From a virus (taxonomy: Duplodnaviria; Caudoviricetes), in IMG/VR virus record IMGVR_UViG_3300042923_000175, positions 1 through 54,480 of that record: a stretch of 54,480 nt of DNA, one strand, 5' to 3'. Of the stretch, positions 34,631-45,465 are shown piece by piece. The notes beneath the pieces are model-generated. The model saw only the letters and a program-made list of their open reading frames with translations. It had not been told where the DNA came from and did not search any database. A program made the translations under genes and the position numbers. Positions within the stretch are counted from its first letter, which is position 1. The number at the start of each line of letters is the position of its first letter.

Positions 34631-35491
34631 TTAATCATCATTTTCCCACCATATCTGATTTATATCACTCGGTTGTGTAATTGATGGGAATATCCTAGCA
34701 TATCTGGTACTTTCGGGTGAATCCAACCATATCAAATTTGGATTGTTAGGGGGTGTAGACCCAACTACAATATTATATCCAGTAAAAGTATCTACTAAAC
34801 CTATCGCTACCCATTCTGTACCGTCCCATCGGCGCTCTATATGATCTTCATTTGTAACTACTGTCCATCCAATTTCCGGAGTTGGATAAGTAGTTAGTAT
34901 ATCACTATAACTATTAACCATCGGTTTATATATTTTCTTAGTTTTATCTACCACATCTGTATAGTTAATAGTGGCATTATTAGTATTTAATGTTGCTTCA
35001 TTAGCGTTATCTATGGACTCGTTTATCTCATTTCTTAAATTACCAAACTGTAATAGACGGTCGTTTTCATTATTAATTCTTTGGGTTTCGTTACTAATTC
35101 TGATATTCTCGTTGTCTATCCTGATATCTTCATTTTGTTGTCTATTTGTTTCATTAGCATTAAAAGTATTTATTCGGTTAAACTCGTCAGTTTCAAAAGT
35201 TGTTTTTCTACTCGCTTCACTATTATTGAAAGTTAGTCTTCTATTATCTTCGTTAGCTTCAAAGGTACTAATTCTAGCTTCCTCATTATTTTTCCTATCG
35301 TTTTCATTATCAATTCTAGTATTCTCATTGTCTATTCTTATTTCTTCATTTCTATCAACTATTGTTTGTCGATCATCAACATTTATAACTTCATTATTAA
35401 TAGCCTCTATTCCACTAGCTAGACTTTCCCTAACATCTTTCCCAAACACCGCAGTTCTTATAGCTGCTATTTTATCATATATATTTGCCAT
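34631..35491 (-). CDS. Baseplate/fibre stem protein with NE..R coiled-coil repeats
   Basis: I..IRTAVFGKDVRES N-term; 7/11-aa E..R repeats. Confidence 0.65.
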   Translation of the reverse strand: MANIYDKIAAIRTAVFGKDVRESLASGIEAINNEVINVDDRQTIVDRNEEIRIDNENTRIDNENDRKNNEEARISTFEANEDNRRLTFNNSEASRKTTFETDEFNRINTFNANETNRQQNEDIRIDNENIRISNETQRINNENDRLLQFGNLRNEINESIDNANEATLNTNNATINYTDVVDKTKKIYKPMVNSYSDILTTYPTPEIGWTVVTNEDHIERRWDGTEWVAIGLVDTFTGYNIVVGSTPPNNPNLIWLDSPESTRYARIFPSITQPSDINQIWWENDD

Positions 35492-35506
35492 TTTGAATTT
35501 ACCTCC

Positions 35507-37210
35507 TTATTCCCAGCCCTTATCTACACTGTATTCATGTATTATTCCAGTAATATACATACGCAACGGTATATCATCTATCTCTAGATCATCTTCATCT
35601 GAAATAGATACTAATCCATTGGCTGTTAACTTATTAACAAATGTGGTTCCATTAATTTTAACATCATCAGCAAAATAAAACCCTTCATAATTTCCAGATG
35701 ATGAATAGTTAGCGAATGTAGTCATAGTAGCCGGGTTATCTGTAGTGCCTAATTTTAATCCTACTTTATTTATATAACATGAAAAATCGTCATCTTTAAT
35801 GGTTATTCCATTTATAGCCGTTATGTCATCAAATGTCCCCCCGTGAGCTGTTATATCATCAAATGTCCCACCATTGGCTTCTATATCATCAAAAGTTCCT
35901 CCTTTGGCTTCTATATCATTATATTTGCCTCCATTTGCTGTGATATCGTTTACTACTATATTTCCGTTCAGATCTATAGAGAATACTTTCTTATTTTGAT
36001 TTTCTATGCTCATACCTTCAGTGGCATTAATAGTTGTCACTACTTTATTATCACTTCGAACTGCTCTTATTCCGAACGCACTACCTATTTGAACATTATT
36101 GTATATACCATTGTTTTGAATACTTGAATTTCGTAGGTCATTTATTTGGGTAGTGATACTTTCTGGTTTATTAGATATTGTTAGTTTTGGGTTATATGGC
36201 TGGATTAAATCTAGGTCCACCTGTACTATTGTATAGATTGAATCTACCCCCATTATAGGGTTTATTATATGAAGACTAGTACCCAATACTAATTGATTAG
36301 CTTTTTGATTTGATAAAAAACTCAAATCTAATGCGTCACACTGTAGAACGTAAGTTGGCTGGGTATGTTTAGAAAGATCAGATATGCAAGTAGACTTTAA
36401 TAATGTTGGATTATCTATATCATTATATTCTACGGTTTTTTCTATAACTCCATAAATATTTTTAGATATCTGATCTTCTATATAATCAACCCCATTATTA
36501 ACGGTTTCTATAGTTAAATTATTAGCGCCTAAAGGTACAATCCTGGTCCCAATTGTAGTGAAATCCTTACTTACTACCATATCTTTCATATTTATCCCTA
36601 ATTCAACACTAACTGTAGTATTACTAAAACTACTAAGCCAATCTAAATATAATAAACCATTATATTCTCTAACTCTTATATTTCCTCCTATGTCATCTCT
36701 GACCAATAGTAATTCGGCTAATGTCGATTTATAAGAACAAGTATGAGTAACATTCATAGATAATTGAATGTTTACATTTCCTACATATATTCGTTTTGAA
36801 CTTTCAACTTTTGAATTATGAACGTTTAACATCTGGTTTAAGAAACCTGAAACTGTGCTGTCAGTAAACGAACTTCCCCTTTGTTTTGTATCATTAAGAT
36901 AACTTAATGCGCCCTCACAGGTTATATCTTTATAAACTGATCCGTCATTGTCCATTTTATCATCTATACTCAATATTCTACCAGTAAATCGTATAGTATT
37001 ATCTCTAAGGTCTATTATCTTTACCTTAGTAGTTAATTCGTACACGTTATGATACCCGGGATTGTTTGTATATAATGAGAAAGATAGTGTATCCACCACT
37101 GATAAACTTTCTTTCATTGGTAATTTACTTACGTGTGGATCATCAGGGTCTGAACTCGGATAATGAACAACTATTTCAACATTATTATTGAATACACTAA
37201 CTTTATACAT
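35507..37210 (-). CDS. Tail tip protein (Tal / prophage endopeptidase-like)
   Basis: F.GR, CEG.LSYL.D, G.NM.D, TRI.PLGA; follows Dit. Confidence 0.8.
   Translation of the reverse strand: MYKVSVFNNNVEIVVHYPSSDPDDPHVSKLPMKESLSVVDTLSFSLYTNNPGYHNVYELTTKVKIIDLRDNTIRFTGRILSIDDKMDNDGSVYKDITCEGALSYLNDTKQRGSSFTDSTVSGFLNQMLNVHNSKVESSKRIYVGNVNIQLSMNVTHTCSYKSTLAELLLVRDDIGGNIRVREYNGLLYLDWLSSFSNTTVSVELGINMKDMVVSKDFTTIGTRIVPLGANNLTIETVNNGVDYIEDQISKNIYGVIEKTVEYNDIDNPTLLKSTCISDLSKHTQPTYVLQCDALDLSFLSNQKANQLVLGTSLHIINPIMGVDSIYTIVQVDLDLIQPYNPKLTISNKPESITTQINDLRNSSIQNNGIYNNVQIGSAFGIRAVRSDNKVVTTINATEGMSIENQNKKVFSIDLNGNIVVNDITANGGKYNDIEAKGGTFDDIEANGGTFDDITAHGGTFDDITAINGITIKDDDFSCYINKVGLKLGTTDNPATMTTFANYSSSGNYEGFYFADDVKINGTTFVNKLTANGLVSISDEDDLEIDDIPLRMYITGIIHEYSVDKGWE
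35817..35950 (-). repeat. In-frame 30-bp tandem repeat (DDI.A.GGTF x~4.5)
   Basis: Visible in DNA and protein. Confidence 0.85.
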
Positions 37211-37929
37211 TACAATTTCTCCTTTCTAAATATAAACTTAATTTTACCTGTTCCGTGTATCTTTAAAATATTATTAGATGGCGAAAGATAAAATCCATAA
37301 GGTTTATTATCCCCTACGATTAGATTATAATATTTTCCATTTTGATCTATATACATGGCAGTGTCGCAATTTATGGTTGGTCTTATCATACGTCCTGGAT
37401 TGTATATGGTTATCTCTTTATAACTTGATATTTGATATTCCATATTTTGTACTATATCTTCTTCAAAATTGAAAGTATCCCATATGTCTGAACCTACATA
37501 ATCTATGGATGATTTAAATGGGTTAGCTACGAATTTAACTGTAAGTATTCCGAAGTCCATTACTTGATCGAATGTGCTTGATTCTTCGACTTCGGCCATA
37601 TAATAATATTCTTTTATATCATCGAATATTAGTTGTTGCTGTCCTACATCTTGCAACCAGTCCAATGTATTCGAATATAGTACTTGTAGTTGCTCTTTAC
37701 TATCTGCAACTAGTCCCAACTCTATTGTTATATTACGTTCTGAATATATAGGTTCGTTATTAGTTCCTATCATACTAAAATCATAACTACCATGCATGAA
37801 CGGAACTGATTCTTTTATTTTCTTTTTGGAGGGTGGTTCTATATTTTTAGAATGCATTACAACATTCATATCATGACTGTGTATATTATTAAATTTAAAA
37901 CCTCTTAATCCAGTCAATAATGGATTCAT
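37210..37929 (-). CDS. Distal tail protein (Dit)
   Basis: F.FN..HS, VPFMHGSYDFS, L.FDD...YY.A, F.ANPF; follows tape measure. Confidence 0.8.
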   Translation of the reverse strand: MNPLLTGLRGFKFNNIHSHDMNVVMHSKNIEPPSKKKIKESVPFMHGSYDFSMIGTNNEPIYSERNITIELGLVADSKEQLQVLYSNTLDWLQDVGQQQLIFDDIKEYYYMAEVEESSTFDQVMDFGILTVKFVANPFKSSIDYVGSDIWDTFNFEEDIVQNMEYQISSYKEITIYNPGRMIRPTINCDTAMYIDQNGKYYNLIVGDNKPYGFYLSPSNNILKIHGTGKIKFIFRKEKL

Positions 37930-40900
37930 ATTCCTCCCACCATCCTTCCACTTATCTTATTTTTATTACCTAACAAATTATCAACGTCATCAATTATATA
38001 TTCAGCAATAGCTCTTCCATTTTGCAATACTAATTGTAAATTTATTGGTTGTTTATTGACTTTATCTGCAATTGGCGAATTATTCTTTGTGTCAGTCTCT
38101 ACATTAGGGTTCGATAATAATTGTCTATTACTTATGCCCTTAGCTGTTTGATTAACAGTGTTTATTGAACCATTAATGTTATAATCGTCTAAATTATCCA
38201 TCATACCATATAGTTGTTTTGCTCCATTTTGAATATTAGATAGATCTATAACAGGAGTTATAACTGGTTGAGAATCAATACCTCCAGACACTATATCTGA
38301 TATGTTAGATATAGCATTCGACATCCCGGATATCGCGCTTGAACCCATATTTGATCCAGCATCTGATACTTTACTTGTATACTTGTGTAGCATGTTTATA
38401 TATCCTAGTGCTGAGAATTTACCTAGTTCTCCAAATTTCCTTGAAGGTGAATGTATATCTAATGCTTTTTTAGCTGCTGCTAGAGCGGATCTTCCTAAAT
38501 CTCCAGCTGCTGCCGCTAATTCTCCAGGAATACTAGTAAGACCTTGTATAAAGCCTTTAACGGCATATACTCCGGCATCTACAAATTTACTACCTAGAGC
38601 CCCTATACCGTCGACTATTGCAGTTACTAAATTATAACAAGCATCCGCTATTGCTCCTGAATTATTTCTAATACCATCGGCCAATCCATTTATGAATGTT
38701 ATAATTAAATTGAAAGCCGCTTCTATTATCTTAGGTAAGTTATCGCTAATCCCGTTTATGAATGCAACCATTATATCTGCAGCGGCTGTTACAAATTTAG
38801 GAACGTTGTCAGCTAGTATTTTCAACATAGCTAATACTATATCTAATACTTTTTGGGTTATTGTTGGAACCCATTTAATTATTGCATCTAAAACCCCAGA
38901 TAAGGTCTGCAAAACACCATCCACTATTTTTGGTATATTTGTAACTATACAGTCTATTATAGCGCCTATTATTGTAGTTATGCATTGTAAAATCTGAGGT
39001 ATGCTATCAGTAAACACTTTAATGAATGCTAATATACCTTCTCCTATTTTTTCCATTATCTGTGGAATTAGTGCCGCCACTCCAGTTATAATAATTCCTA
39101 AAGCTGCAACTACTGCTGTCGCACCTGCAGCGGTTGTTCCGGCTAACAATGTGAACCCAGTAGCTATACCAGTAAGACCAACTCCAACTAGCGCTAATCC
39201 AGCGCCTATACCAAGCATTGATATACCTAATAATGTCATAGCTCCTGCTAAACCTATCATACTAGGTATTATAGGGGTTAATAGTGCTGCAGACACGCCA
39301 AATATAGTTATAGTTGCAGCTAGATCAACTAGGCCTTTCACTATACTCTCCCAACTCATAGCTCCTAATAAAGTTAAAGCGGGAGCTAACATAGCTAACG
39401 CTGATGAGGCTACTAATAACGCTGCTGAACCAGCTAATGAACCAGTCATAGCGTTTAGTCCAATCGCTAATATACCTAATGCTCCACCTAAAGTCACTAA
39501 ACCTTTTGCTATCTCATCCCAAGTCATACCACCCATACTAGATAAGGCCTTCGCTAATATATTTAGCGCGGCTCCTACTATGACTAGACCCGCTGACTTT
39601 GCAATTAAATCGCTAGGTAATAAATTAACAGCTACCGTTATTTCAGTCAAGGCCCCAGCCATAACTATTAATCCTTTTGCTATTGATTCCCATGACATAT
39701 TACCAAAGTCATTCATAGCCGAAGCTAATATTTTCATTGCTCCAGATATTGCTATTAACGCCAATCCTGTTGATATTACACTTTTAGCATTTCCAGTAAG
39801 ATTAGTAAATGCCGATAATTCAGTTAATAAAACTCCTATGCTAACTAAACCTTTACCTATCTCGGACCATGATAAATTCCCAAAATCAGAACATGCAGAT
39901 GCTAATATTTTCATTGCTCCAGCTAGTAATACTATTCCTGCAGCAGTTGTTATTGATTTGCTACTAAATTTAGCAGTGTTTAAGAACAATGAAATTTCAG
40001 TCATTAAACCACCGACACCTACTAATCCTTTAGCTAAACCATTCCAATCTAATTTAGATAAATCTGTGCATGCTGATGCTAATATTTTTATAGCTAAAGC
40101 AAAGGTTATCATACCGGTTGAGCCTTTTATCATATCAGTACTTCCAGATGATAAAATTTTAGAAGACGTAACTAATACGGTAGATATCCCTACTAATCCG
40201 ACTAAGCCTTTTGCTAGACCGTTCCAATCTAATTCTGACAATTTTTTCATAGCACTTGATAGTATCAATATTGATGTTGACATAGCTAACATAACCAAAC
40301 TAGCCTTCGTTACTTTCCCTTTGAAATCTCCTATCATACTATATAATTTCATCGCCACTAATAATTGACCAAATAAAGTTCCTATTGCTGCTAATGAACT
40401 CACTAATTTATCTGAGTCTATCAATGATATAGATACTATTGATGCTGATAATAAAGCCACAGCAGCTGCTATTTTGAGTAGTATACTTGCTTTTAAATTT
40501 TGTTGCCATGTTTCTAAACTTCCTCTAACACTATCTAAGATTGATGATACATTTCCTAGTACGCCTTTAGCGCTTTCTAGTGGATCAGATAAACTTTTAA
40601 GGAACTTATTAACTGCTAGCACCATTCCACCTATTGATGCTGCTCCTATAGCATCAAACAAACCAGTAAAATTAGAATTACTTAAGGCTTTGCTTATTGT
40701 GGACACCATTCCTTCTACTAATTTGCCAATTGCTTCACCTATTTTAGATACAGTATCCCAAATAGATTTAAATATCTCTCCTATTTTACTATCAGCTATA
40801 GATTTACCCATAGTTACAAAAGCCCCACCAACAGTAGTTGCCATATTAGTAGATTCATTACCTATACTCGACATCCTATTTCCTAATACTTCCAAGAATG

Positions 40901-42557
40901 AATGGAGAGATTCGAAACCTGGGAAATCTATTTTCTTTCCTACTGCCGAAATTAAATTACCTATTCCGTTTACGATTAATGTCAATATCGATGCCACGCC
41001 ACTAAAACCGTTTCTAATTCCATAGGCTAATGTGATTAACACATTACTAACTATCCCAGATTCTTTTATAGTTTTATCAAGTGCGGTTAGCCATTCTCCG
41101 AATGATCCTGTAACCCCTAATATGCTGGAACCTAAATTACCAACGCCACTAATGATTATACCAACCGAATCAGCTAGTGCCAAAAATATAGTTTTGCCTA
41201 TATCTAAAATAGCAAACACACCTTTAAATGTTGATTTTAGATTTTGTAGTGAAGTATCACTTAATTTAAAACTATCAATTAGATTTTTTAATCCTTGTGT
41301 TAATGAAAACAACTGCTCAGAAGTTGTTGCTGGAAATATTTCTCTAAAAGCACTGCCTATTGCTGTTACTACATCCATTAAATTATTGAATGCGTCTTTA
41401 AGGGCTTCTATTAAAGTGGTTCTACCACCTAAATCTTTCCATCCTGACAACATTGAGTTACGTGCATTTGACGATTCACTTATCATTCCGCCTAACACAT
41501 TACTAATATTAGTAAATAAATCTTTAGCCTCATCAAAATCACCAAATAATGTTTGCCATGTTTGAGCCCAACCTGAACCAACAGCTTCTTTTAAAGTATC
41601 TAATAATTGAGTAAAAGTCTTTACTTTTGTTGCAGCATCATTAGCCGTCTGACCCATCTTTAATATATCTTTAATTTGTGATTCTGTATAACCTTGAGCT
41701 GCTAATTGTGATTCTGTCATATCTCCTGTGAACTTTTGAAGAGTTGCTAATAAGACGTCAGAGGTTAACCATCCAGTACCATCCTTATCGCTTATCGAAT
41801 CTCTAAACGATTGCGTTTCATCTATAGTTTTACCCATTGTTCTAGCAGTCTCTTTTAGTGCATTTTGAAATATTGCACCACCCATACCTGCATTTACTAC
41901 TGAATTCCAGTCTTGTAAATTAACTTTTCCTGCAGCTAAGGCTTGTGATAATTGATACATGGCTGTTGATGCTTGTTGAGAATTTGATCCTGATAACGCA
42001 GCTAAGTTAGCTATACCTTTTATAGCTGCAGTTGAGGTTTTTAAATCTACACCAGCAGCAGTAAAAGTTCCTATATTTTTAGTCATCTCCGTGAAATTAT
42101 ATATTGTCTTATCTGAATAGGTATTAAGTTCTTGTAAAGAGTCCTTTACTTCATCTAAGGTAGTACCTTTAGTTGATGTGTTGGCTAATATAGTTTGTAT
42201 AGCATTCATTTGGGTTTCGTATTCTTTAAAACCATCAATTATTGGGTCTATGGTTAAAGAAGATACTAAATTCTTACCTGCATCTATAGCGGAATTTGCT
42301 ATATTAGCTAACGCGGTAACGGCTATAACTTGTAATGCTGAAAATTTCACTCTAACTGCTTCCACACCACTAGCTAAACCGTCGAAATTTACTCGTTTTG
42401 CAGAATCACTTATAGAGTCTAAACCTTTTGCAGCGCCATCGAAATTAAGTCCTCTTTTTAAATTATTAATAGAGTTCAAACTAGTACTAACTCCACTCTC
42501 GAATTGTTTGTTATCAAATTTCATCGAGACTATACGTTCATCAATAGAACTACTCAT
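37926..42557 (-). CDS. Tape measure protein
   Basis: 1543 aa, tape_meas domain (L..YSDKT.Y.F), Ala/Gly/Leu helical repeats, IHSPSR. Confidence 0.93.
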   Translation of the reverse strand: MSSSIDERIVSMKFDNKQFESGVSTSLNSINNLKRGLNFDGAAKGLDSISDSAKRVNFDGLASGVEAVRVKFSALQVIAVTALANIANSAIDAGKNLVSSLTIDPIIDGFKEYETQMNAIQTILANTSTKGTTLDEVKDSLQELNTYSDKTIYNFTEMTKNIGTFTAAGVDLKTSTAAIKGIANLAALSGSNSQQASTAMYQLSQALAAGKVNLQDWNSVVNAGMGGAIFQNALKETARTMGKTIDETQSFRDSISDKDGTGWLTSDVLLATLQKFTGDMTESQLAAQGYTESQIKDILKMGQTANDAATKVKTFTQLLDTLKEAVGSGWAQTWQTLFGDFDEAKDLFTNISNVLGGMISESSNARNSMLSGWKDLGGRTTLIEALKDAFNNLMDVVTAIGSAFREIFPATTSEQLFSLTQGLKNLIDSFKLSDTSLQNLKSTFKGVFAILDIGKTIFLALADSVGIIISGVGNLGSSILGVTGSFGEWLTALDKTIKESGIVSNVLITLAYGIRNGFSGVASILTLIVNGIGNLISAVGKKIDFPGFESLHSFLEVLGNRMSSIGNESTNMATTVGGAFVTMGKSIADSKIGEIFKSIWDTVSKIGEAIGKLVEGMVSTISKALSNSNFTGLFDAIGAASIGGMVLAVNKFLKSLSDPLESAKGVLGNVSSILDSVRGSLETWQQNLKASILLKIAAAVALLSASIVSISLIDSDKLVSSLAAIGTLFGQLLVAMKLYSMIGDFKGKVTKASLVMLAMSTSILILSSAMKKLSELDWNGLAKGLVGLVGISTVLVTSSKILSSGSTDMIKGSTGMITFALAIKILASACTDLSKLDWNGLAKGLVGVGGLMTEISLFLNTAKFSSKSITTAAGIVLLAGAMKILASACSDFGNLSWSEIGKGLVSIGVLLTELSAFTNLTGNAKSVISTGLALIAISGAMKILASAMNDFGNMSWESIAKGLIVMAGALTEITVAVNLLPSDLIAKSAGLVIVGAALNILAKALSSMGGMTWDEIAKGLVTLGGALGILAIGLNAMTGSLAGSAALLVASSALAMLAPALTLLGAMSWESIVKGLVDLAATITIFGVSAALLTPIIPSMIGLAGAMTLLGISMLGIGAGLALVGVGLTGIATGFTLLAGTTAAGATAVVAALGIIITGVAALIPQIMEKIGEGILAFIKVFTDSIPQILQCITTIIGAIIDCIVTNIPKIVDGVLQTLSGVLDAIIKWVPTITQKVLDIVLAMLKILADNVPKFVTAAADIMVAFINGISDNLPKIIEAAFNLIITFINGLADGIRNNSGAIADACYNLVTAIVDGIGALGSKFVDAGVYAVKGFIQGLTSIPGELAAAAGDLGRSALAAAKKALDIHSPSRKFGELGKFSALGYINMLHKYTSKVSDAGSNMGSSAISGMSNAISNISDIVSGGIDSQPVITPVIDLSNIQNGAKQLYGMMDNLDDYNINGSINTVNQTAKGISNRQLLSNPNVETDTKNNSPIADKVNKQPINLQLVLQNGRAIAEYIIDDVDNLLGNKNKISGRMVGGI

Positions 42558-42931
42558 ATTTTGTTAACCTCCTCCCATGCCTTATTTGCTATTTTATCAA
42601 ATATAGGTTGAATGGCTGGATTTATATAATCTCTACCTTCTATCCAACCTCCATTTTGAGTTCCGTGACCATATTGTAATATTATGGCTATGGATACCCC
42701 CTCTACAATATTCGAGTTATACCATGATATGGTAGCAGATCCTCTAGAGTTATTTATCTTGTAACTCCAGGAATTTGCAGTTAACCCAGAATCTATAGGT
42801 GTGTTCTCAGATAGAGCAGTTACACCATCTTTGCCAAATTGATCTAGTATTTTACTAATGTCTGTTTTACTAGACTTGGTTAGGAAATTAATAGTCTTTG
42901 AAAAATCTCCATTTTGTTTAAATGATATCAA
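42554..42931 (-). CDS. HK97 gp10-like tail completion protein
   Basis: TP.DSG.TA.SW; LQYGH.T..G....GRDYI.PA. Confidence 0.75.
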   Translation of the reverse strand: MISFKQNGDFSKTINFLTKSSKTDISKILDQFGKDGVTALSENTPIDSGLTANSWSYKINNSRGSATISWYNSNIVEGVSIAIILQYGHGTQNGGWIEGRDYINPAIQPIFDKIANKAWEEVNKI

Positions 42932-42942
42932 CTTTATATCAC

Positions 42943-43482
42943 CTAACCTTTACTCTGTAATTGTTGTCGTCTTTGATTATTGAGTTGCCTGTTTCGATTT
43001 AATAACTCAGATCTCGACATTTTCTTAGGCTTCTCATTTTTCTTAGAACAAACTCTTATCAATGTTAATAATCTATTTAGATGCCATTTTTGGCATTCAA
43101 ATGGTATATTATATGTTATCATCCAGTAATATATTATTTCTGATGTTATTATCTCTTTTGATTTGGTTTTATCATCTTCGTAAAACCAAGTGGCAGACAT
43201 TGGTGCCGCTATATATTTACTAATCTCATCTACATTCTCATTTGTTATATTATTATAAATTTCATTCTTTACATTTTGTGTTATGGTCATACATTTAATA
43301 TAGTCTATAGTTTCTTGTATTGTTTTATTATCTTTGTTTAGAAAAGGTTTATTCCACCTAGATTCCCATTTTGAAATAGAGACAAGGGAATGTTCAACTT
43401 GTATTGTCTGACCTTTAACATTCACAAATTCGTTTTTGTCTCCATCAAATAACTCCATATCTGGTATAACAAGTTGAAGCAT
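42943..43482 (-). CDS. Tail assembly chaperone-like protein
   Basis: Position before TMP; EHSL.S.SKWE, WHLNRL; GGAGG SD. Confidence 0.6.
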   Translation of the reverse strand: MLQLVIPDMELFDGDKNEFVNVKGQTIQVEHSLVSISKWESRWNKPFLNKDNKTIQETIDYIKCMTITQNVKNEIYNNITNENVDEISKYIAAPMSATWFYEDDKTKSKEIITSEIIYYWMITYNIPFECQKWHLNRLLTLIRVCSKKNEKPKKMSRSELLNRNRQLNNQRRQQLQSKG

Positions 43483-43507
43483 ATCACTAATCTCCTCCAT
43501 TCTATAA

Positions 43508-43879
43508 TTATTTTGCTGATACTTGTGGTGGTATTATTCCATTTACAAAGTCTACAGCAGCTTGTGTATTTTGTGATAAATCCATAAATATTATTGAATA
43601 GGCTTCTGTTTCTGAGAATGCAGTTCTTATATCATCATTCTTCATAAATCGTCTACCATCTGGTGATTTCTCGCCATAAGCTTTTAGCACTAGATCTTTA
43701 AATACCTTTATTATTGATGGAGCATCGTTCGCTGCTACTATTTTAGCTATTTGTTCTGCTAATCCTCCAGTAGTTGTCATTTCCATTTCCATAACTTCGG
43801 CTTTAGTTAAATTAAAATAAAAATCCTCAGTTCTTTCCTTATCATTATAATCTGTATATGTTATTGTTTTTTTTAACAT
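43508..43879 (-). CDS. Tail assembly chaperone
   Basis: Position after MTP; YFNLTKAE, AYG.KS.DG..F.K. Confidence 0.65.
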   Translation of the reverse strand: MLKKTITYTDYNDKERTEDFYFNLTKAEVMEMEMTTTGGLAEQIAKIVAANDAPSIIKVFKDLVLKAYGEKSPDGRRFMKNDDIRTAFSETEAYSIIFMDLSQNTQAAVDFVNGIIPPQVSAK

Positions 43880-43908
43880 GTTAACATTCCCCTTTCAACT
43901 TTTTATAA

Positions 43909-44112
43909 TTAATTTCTAGCTATTGAAGCATTCGCCCACATGCTTGCTTCTTCAAGTTTAGTAATAGCTAATGATTTTTCACGGCTATTAGGACATAATT
44001 CTTCTATCAAATATGCTAATTCCTTAGCTTTATTTCTGAGTGCATCATATTTTTCAGGTTGACCTTCTTTAGGATTATGGTATTTAAAGTTGTTCTCTAA
44101 TTGAGCATTCAT
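43909..44112 (-). CDS. Acb2/Tad1-like helical-hairpin protein (candidate signalling-nucleotide sponge)
   Basis: CPNSREKSLAITKLEEASMWANASIA matches the conserved C-terminal helix recalled for Acb2 and Tad1. Confidence 0.7.
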   Translation of the reverse strand: MNAQLENNFKYHNPKEGQPEKYDALRNKAKELAYLIEELCPNSREKSLAITKLEEASMWANASIARN

Positions 44113-44420
44113 TATTTGTTATCTCCTGTCTGGTTATTGACTATACCCTCAATATTAAGAGGTTCTATAGTCTCTTCTAAACTTATATCCTCTATCTTAG
44201 CTCTCTCTTGCAAGTGTGTTCTGTAAATAATCATAGAATTTAACTGATTATCTAATAATTTAACAGTGCATTTCGGCGTAAATGACAACGCACCTTTTCT
44301 ATATTTATCAAGCATAGTATTTAACCCTTCGATTCTATTATCTAACTGGAAATACTCTGCTCTAAATCTTTCTTTAAAATCTTTACTGTTCATCATATCG
44401 ACAGTATCTGAAAGCTTCAT
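44112..44420 (-). CDS. crAss001_48-like helical protein
   Basis: KERF.AEY.QL..R...L...LL..QL..M..Y...L.ER. Confidence 0.6.
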   Translation of the reverse strand: MKLSDTVDMMNSKDFKERFRAEYFQLDNRIEGLNTMLDKYRKGALSFTPKCTVKLLDNQLNSMIIYRTHLQERAKIEDISLEETIEPLNIEGIVNNQTGDNK

Positions 44421-44435
44421 AATTATATTCCTCCT

Positions 44436-44471
44436 AATTAATATAGACCCCCTATAATTAAATAAGGGGTC
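44436..44471 (-). terminator. Hairpin after major tail protein gene
   Basis: GACCCCTTAT...ATAGGGGGTC followed by AT-rich tract. Confidence 0.55.
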
Positions 44472-44484
44472 AGCATTTTGATTT

Positions 44485-45453
44485 TTAAGATGTTGCAGTA
44501 TGGAAGTTGATTATTGTACTAGCAAGTGTTTGGTTGTATATATCTTTAACTCCGTCTACATGCATATAGTACATTGTATTGGCTGCGAAGTGACTAGTTG
44601 GTGTTATAGTTAACACTTTAGCACCAGTATCCCATGCTTTACTAATAGCTATAGGGGTAACTGGTAAAGTACCATCATCTATAGTTATATTATCAACGGC
44701 TATTTTATTATTAAATGTTAAAGTTATAACTCTATCAAGAGCTACAGAGGTAGCATCATCTACAGGACTGCTGCTAACTAAAGCTATTGGGCCTGAAGGA
44801 GTTGGTTGGAATAAAGTCGCAATTTCATCAGGAAGTGGTAACCTTGGTTCATTACTTGTACTTCCATAAATAACATCTTCAAATGCTGATAGTTTGTCAG
44901 CATCAACCTTAGTTGAGTCTATAACTAAAGATGCAGTTGGTTTAAATCCAGTAACTGATACTGGGGTTGTTGTTACATCCCATGAGAAAGTTATTGCTTC
45001 TGGTGAATCATTCACAGTAGCATAATCTTTTTCAGATGGTGATGCCATAGCACCATATATAATATGAATTTTATATCCATAATCAGAACCATCGATATCA
45101 TTTCCTAAAGCTGTTCTATAACATAAACCAAACGTTTTACGTCTTTGTTGACCAACCATAACTCCAGTTTGTAATTCTACAGATCCGTCACATGCTGCAA
45201 ATTCATCAGGATAAGTAAATGCTTCTATAGTAGCACCAAATTCCTCTGTAGACATTAGATTTAAATATTTTATATCATCAGCATATTGTGGATTTGATTC
45301 TGCTCCTGATGGGCTTTCAGTTACTCCTGTCAATCCATTCCAAGCAACACCCTTAGAATATGTTGAATCATTTTGTAAAGGATATAAAACTCCTTTTTGA
45401 ACTCCCGTCTCATATAGACGTTCTCCAGTTTTGTCCCAAATTATTTTAGACAT
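44485..45453 (-). CDS. Major tail protein with C-terminal Ig-like (Big_5) domain
   Basis: YETGV..GVLY, WNGL..V.ESP.GAE...YADD; SSP.D.AT.V......ITLTFN. Confidence 0.88.
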   Translation of the reverse strand: MSKIIWDKTGERLYETGVQKGVLYPLQNDSTYSKGVAWNGLTGVTESPSGAESNPQYADDIKYLNLMSTEEFGATIEAFTYPDEFAACDGSVELQTGVMVGQQRRKTFGLCYRTALGNDIDGSDYGYKIHIIYGAMASPSEKDYATVNDSPEAITFSWDVTTTPVSVTGFKPTASLVIDSTKVDADKLSAFEDVIYGSTSNEPRLPLPDEIATLFQPTPSGPIALVSSSPVDDATSVALDRVITLTFNNKIAVDNITIDDGTLPVTPIAISKAWDTGAKVLTITPTSHFAANTMYYMHVDGVKDIYNQTLASTIINFHTATS

Positions 45454-45465
45454 TTCTGTTCCTCC

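Noticed and set aside
38302-42567. Long + strand ORFs (up to 455 aa) opposite the tape measure gene
   Set aside because: Antisense shadows of Ala/Gly/Leu-rich codons; no SD or domain signal. The same applies to the other + strand ORFs in the track
43482-43540. Programmed frameshift between tail chaperone genes
   Set aside because: No clear slippery heptamer, and the downstream gene has its own GGAGG SD
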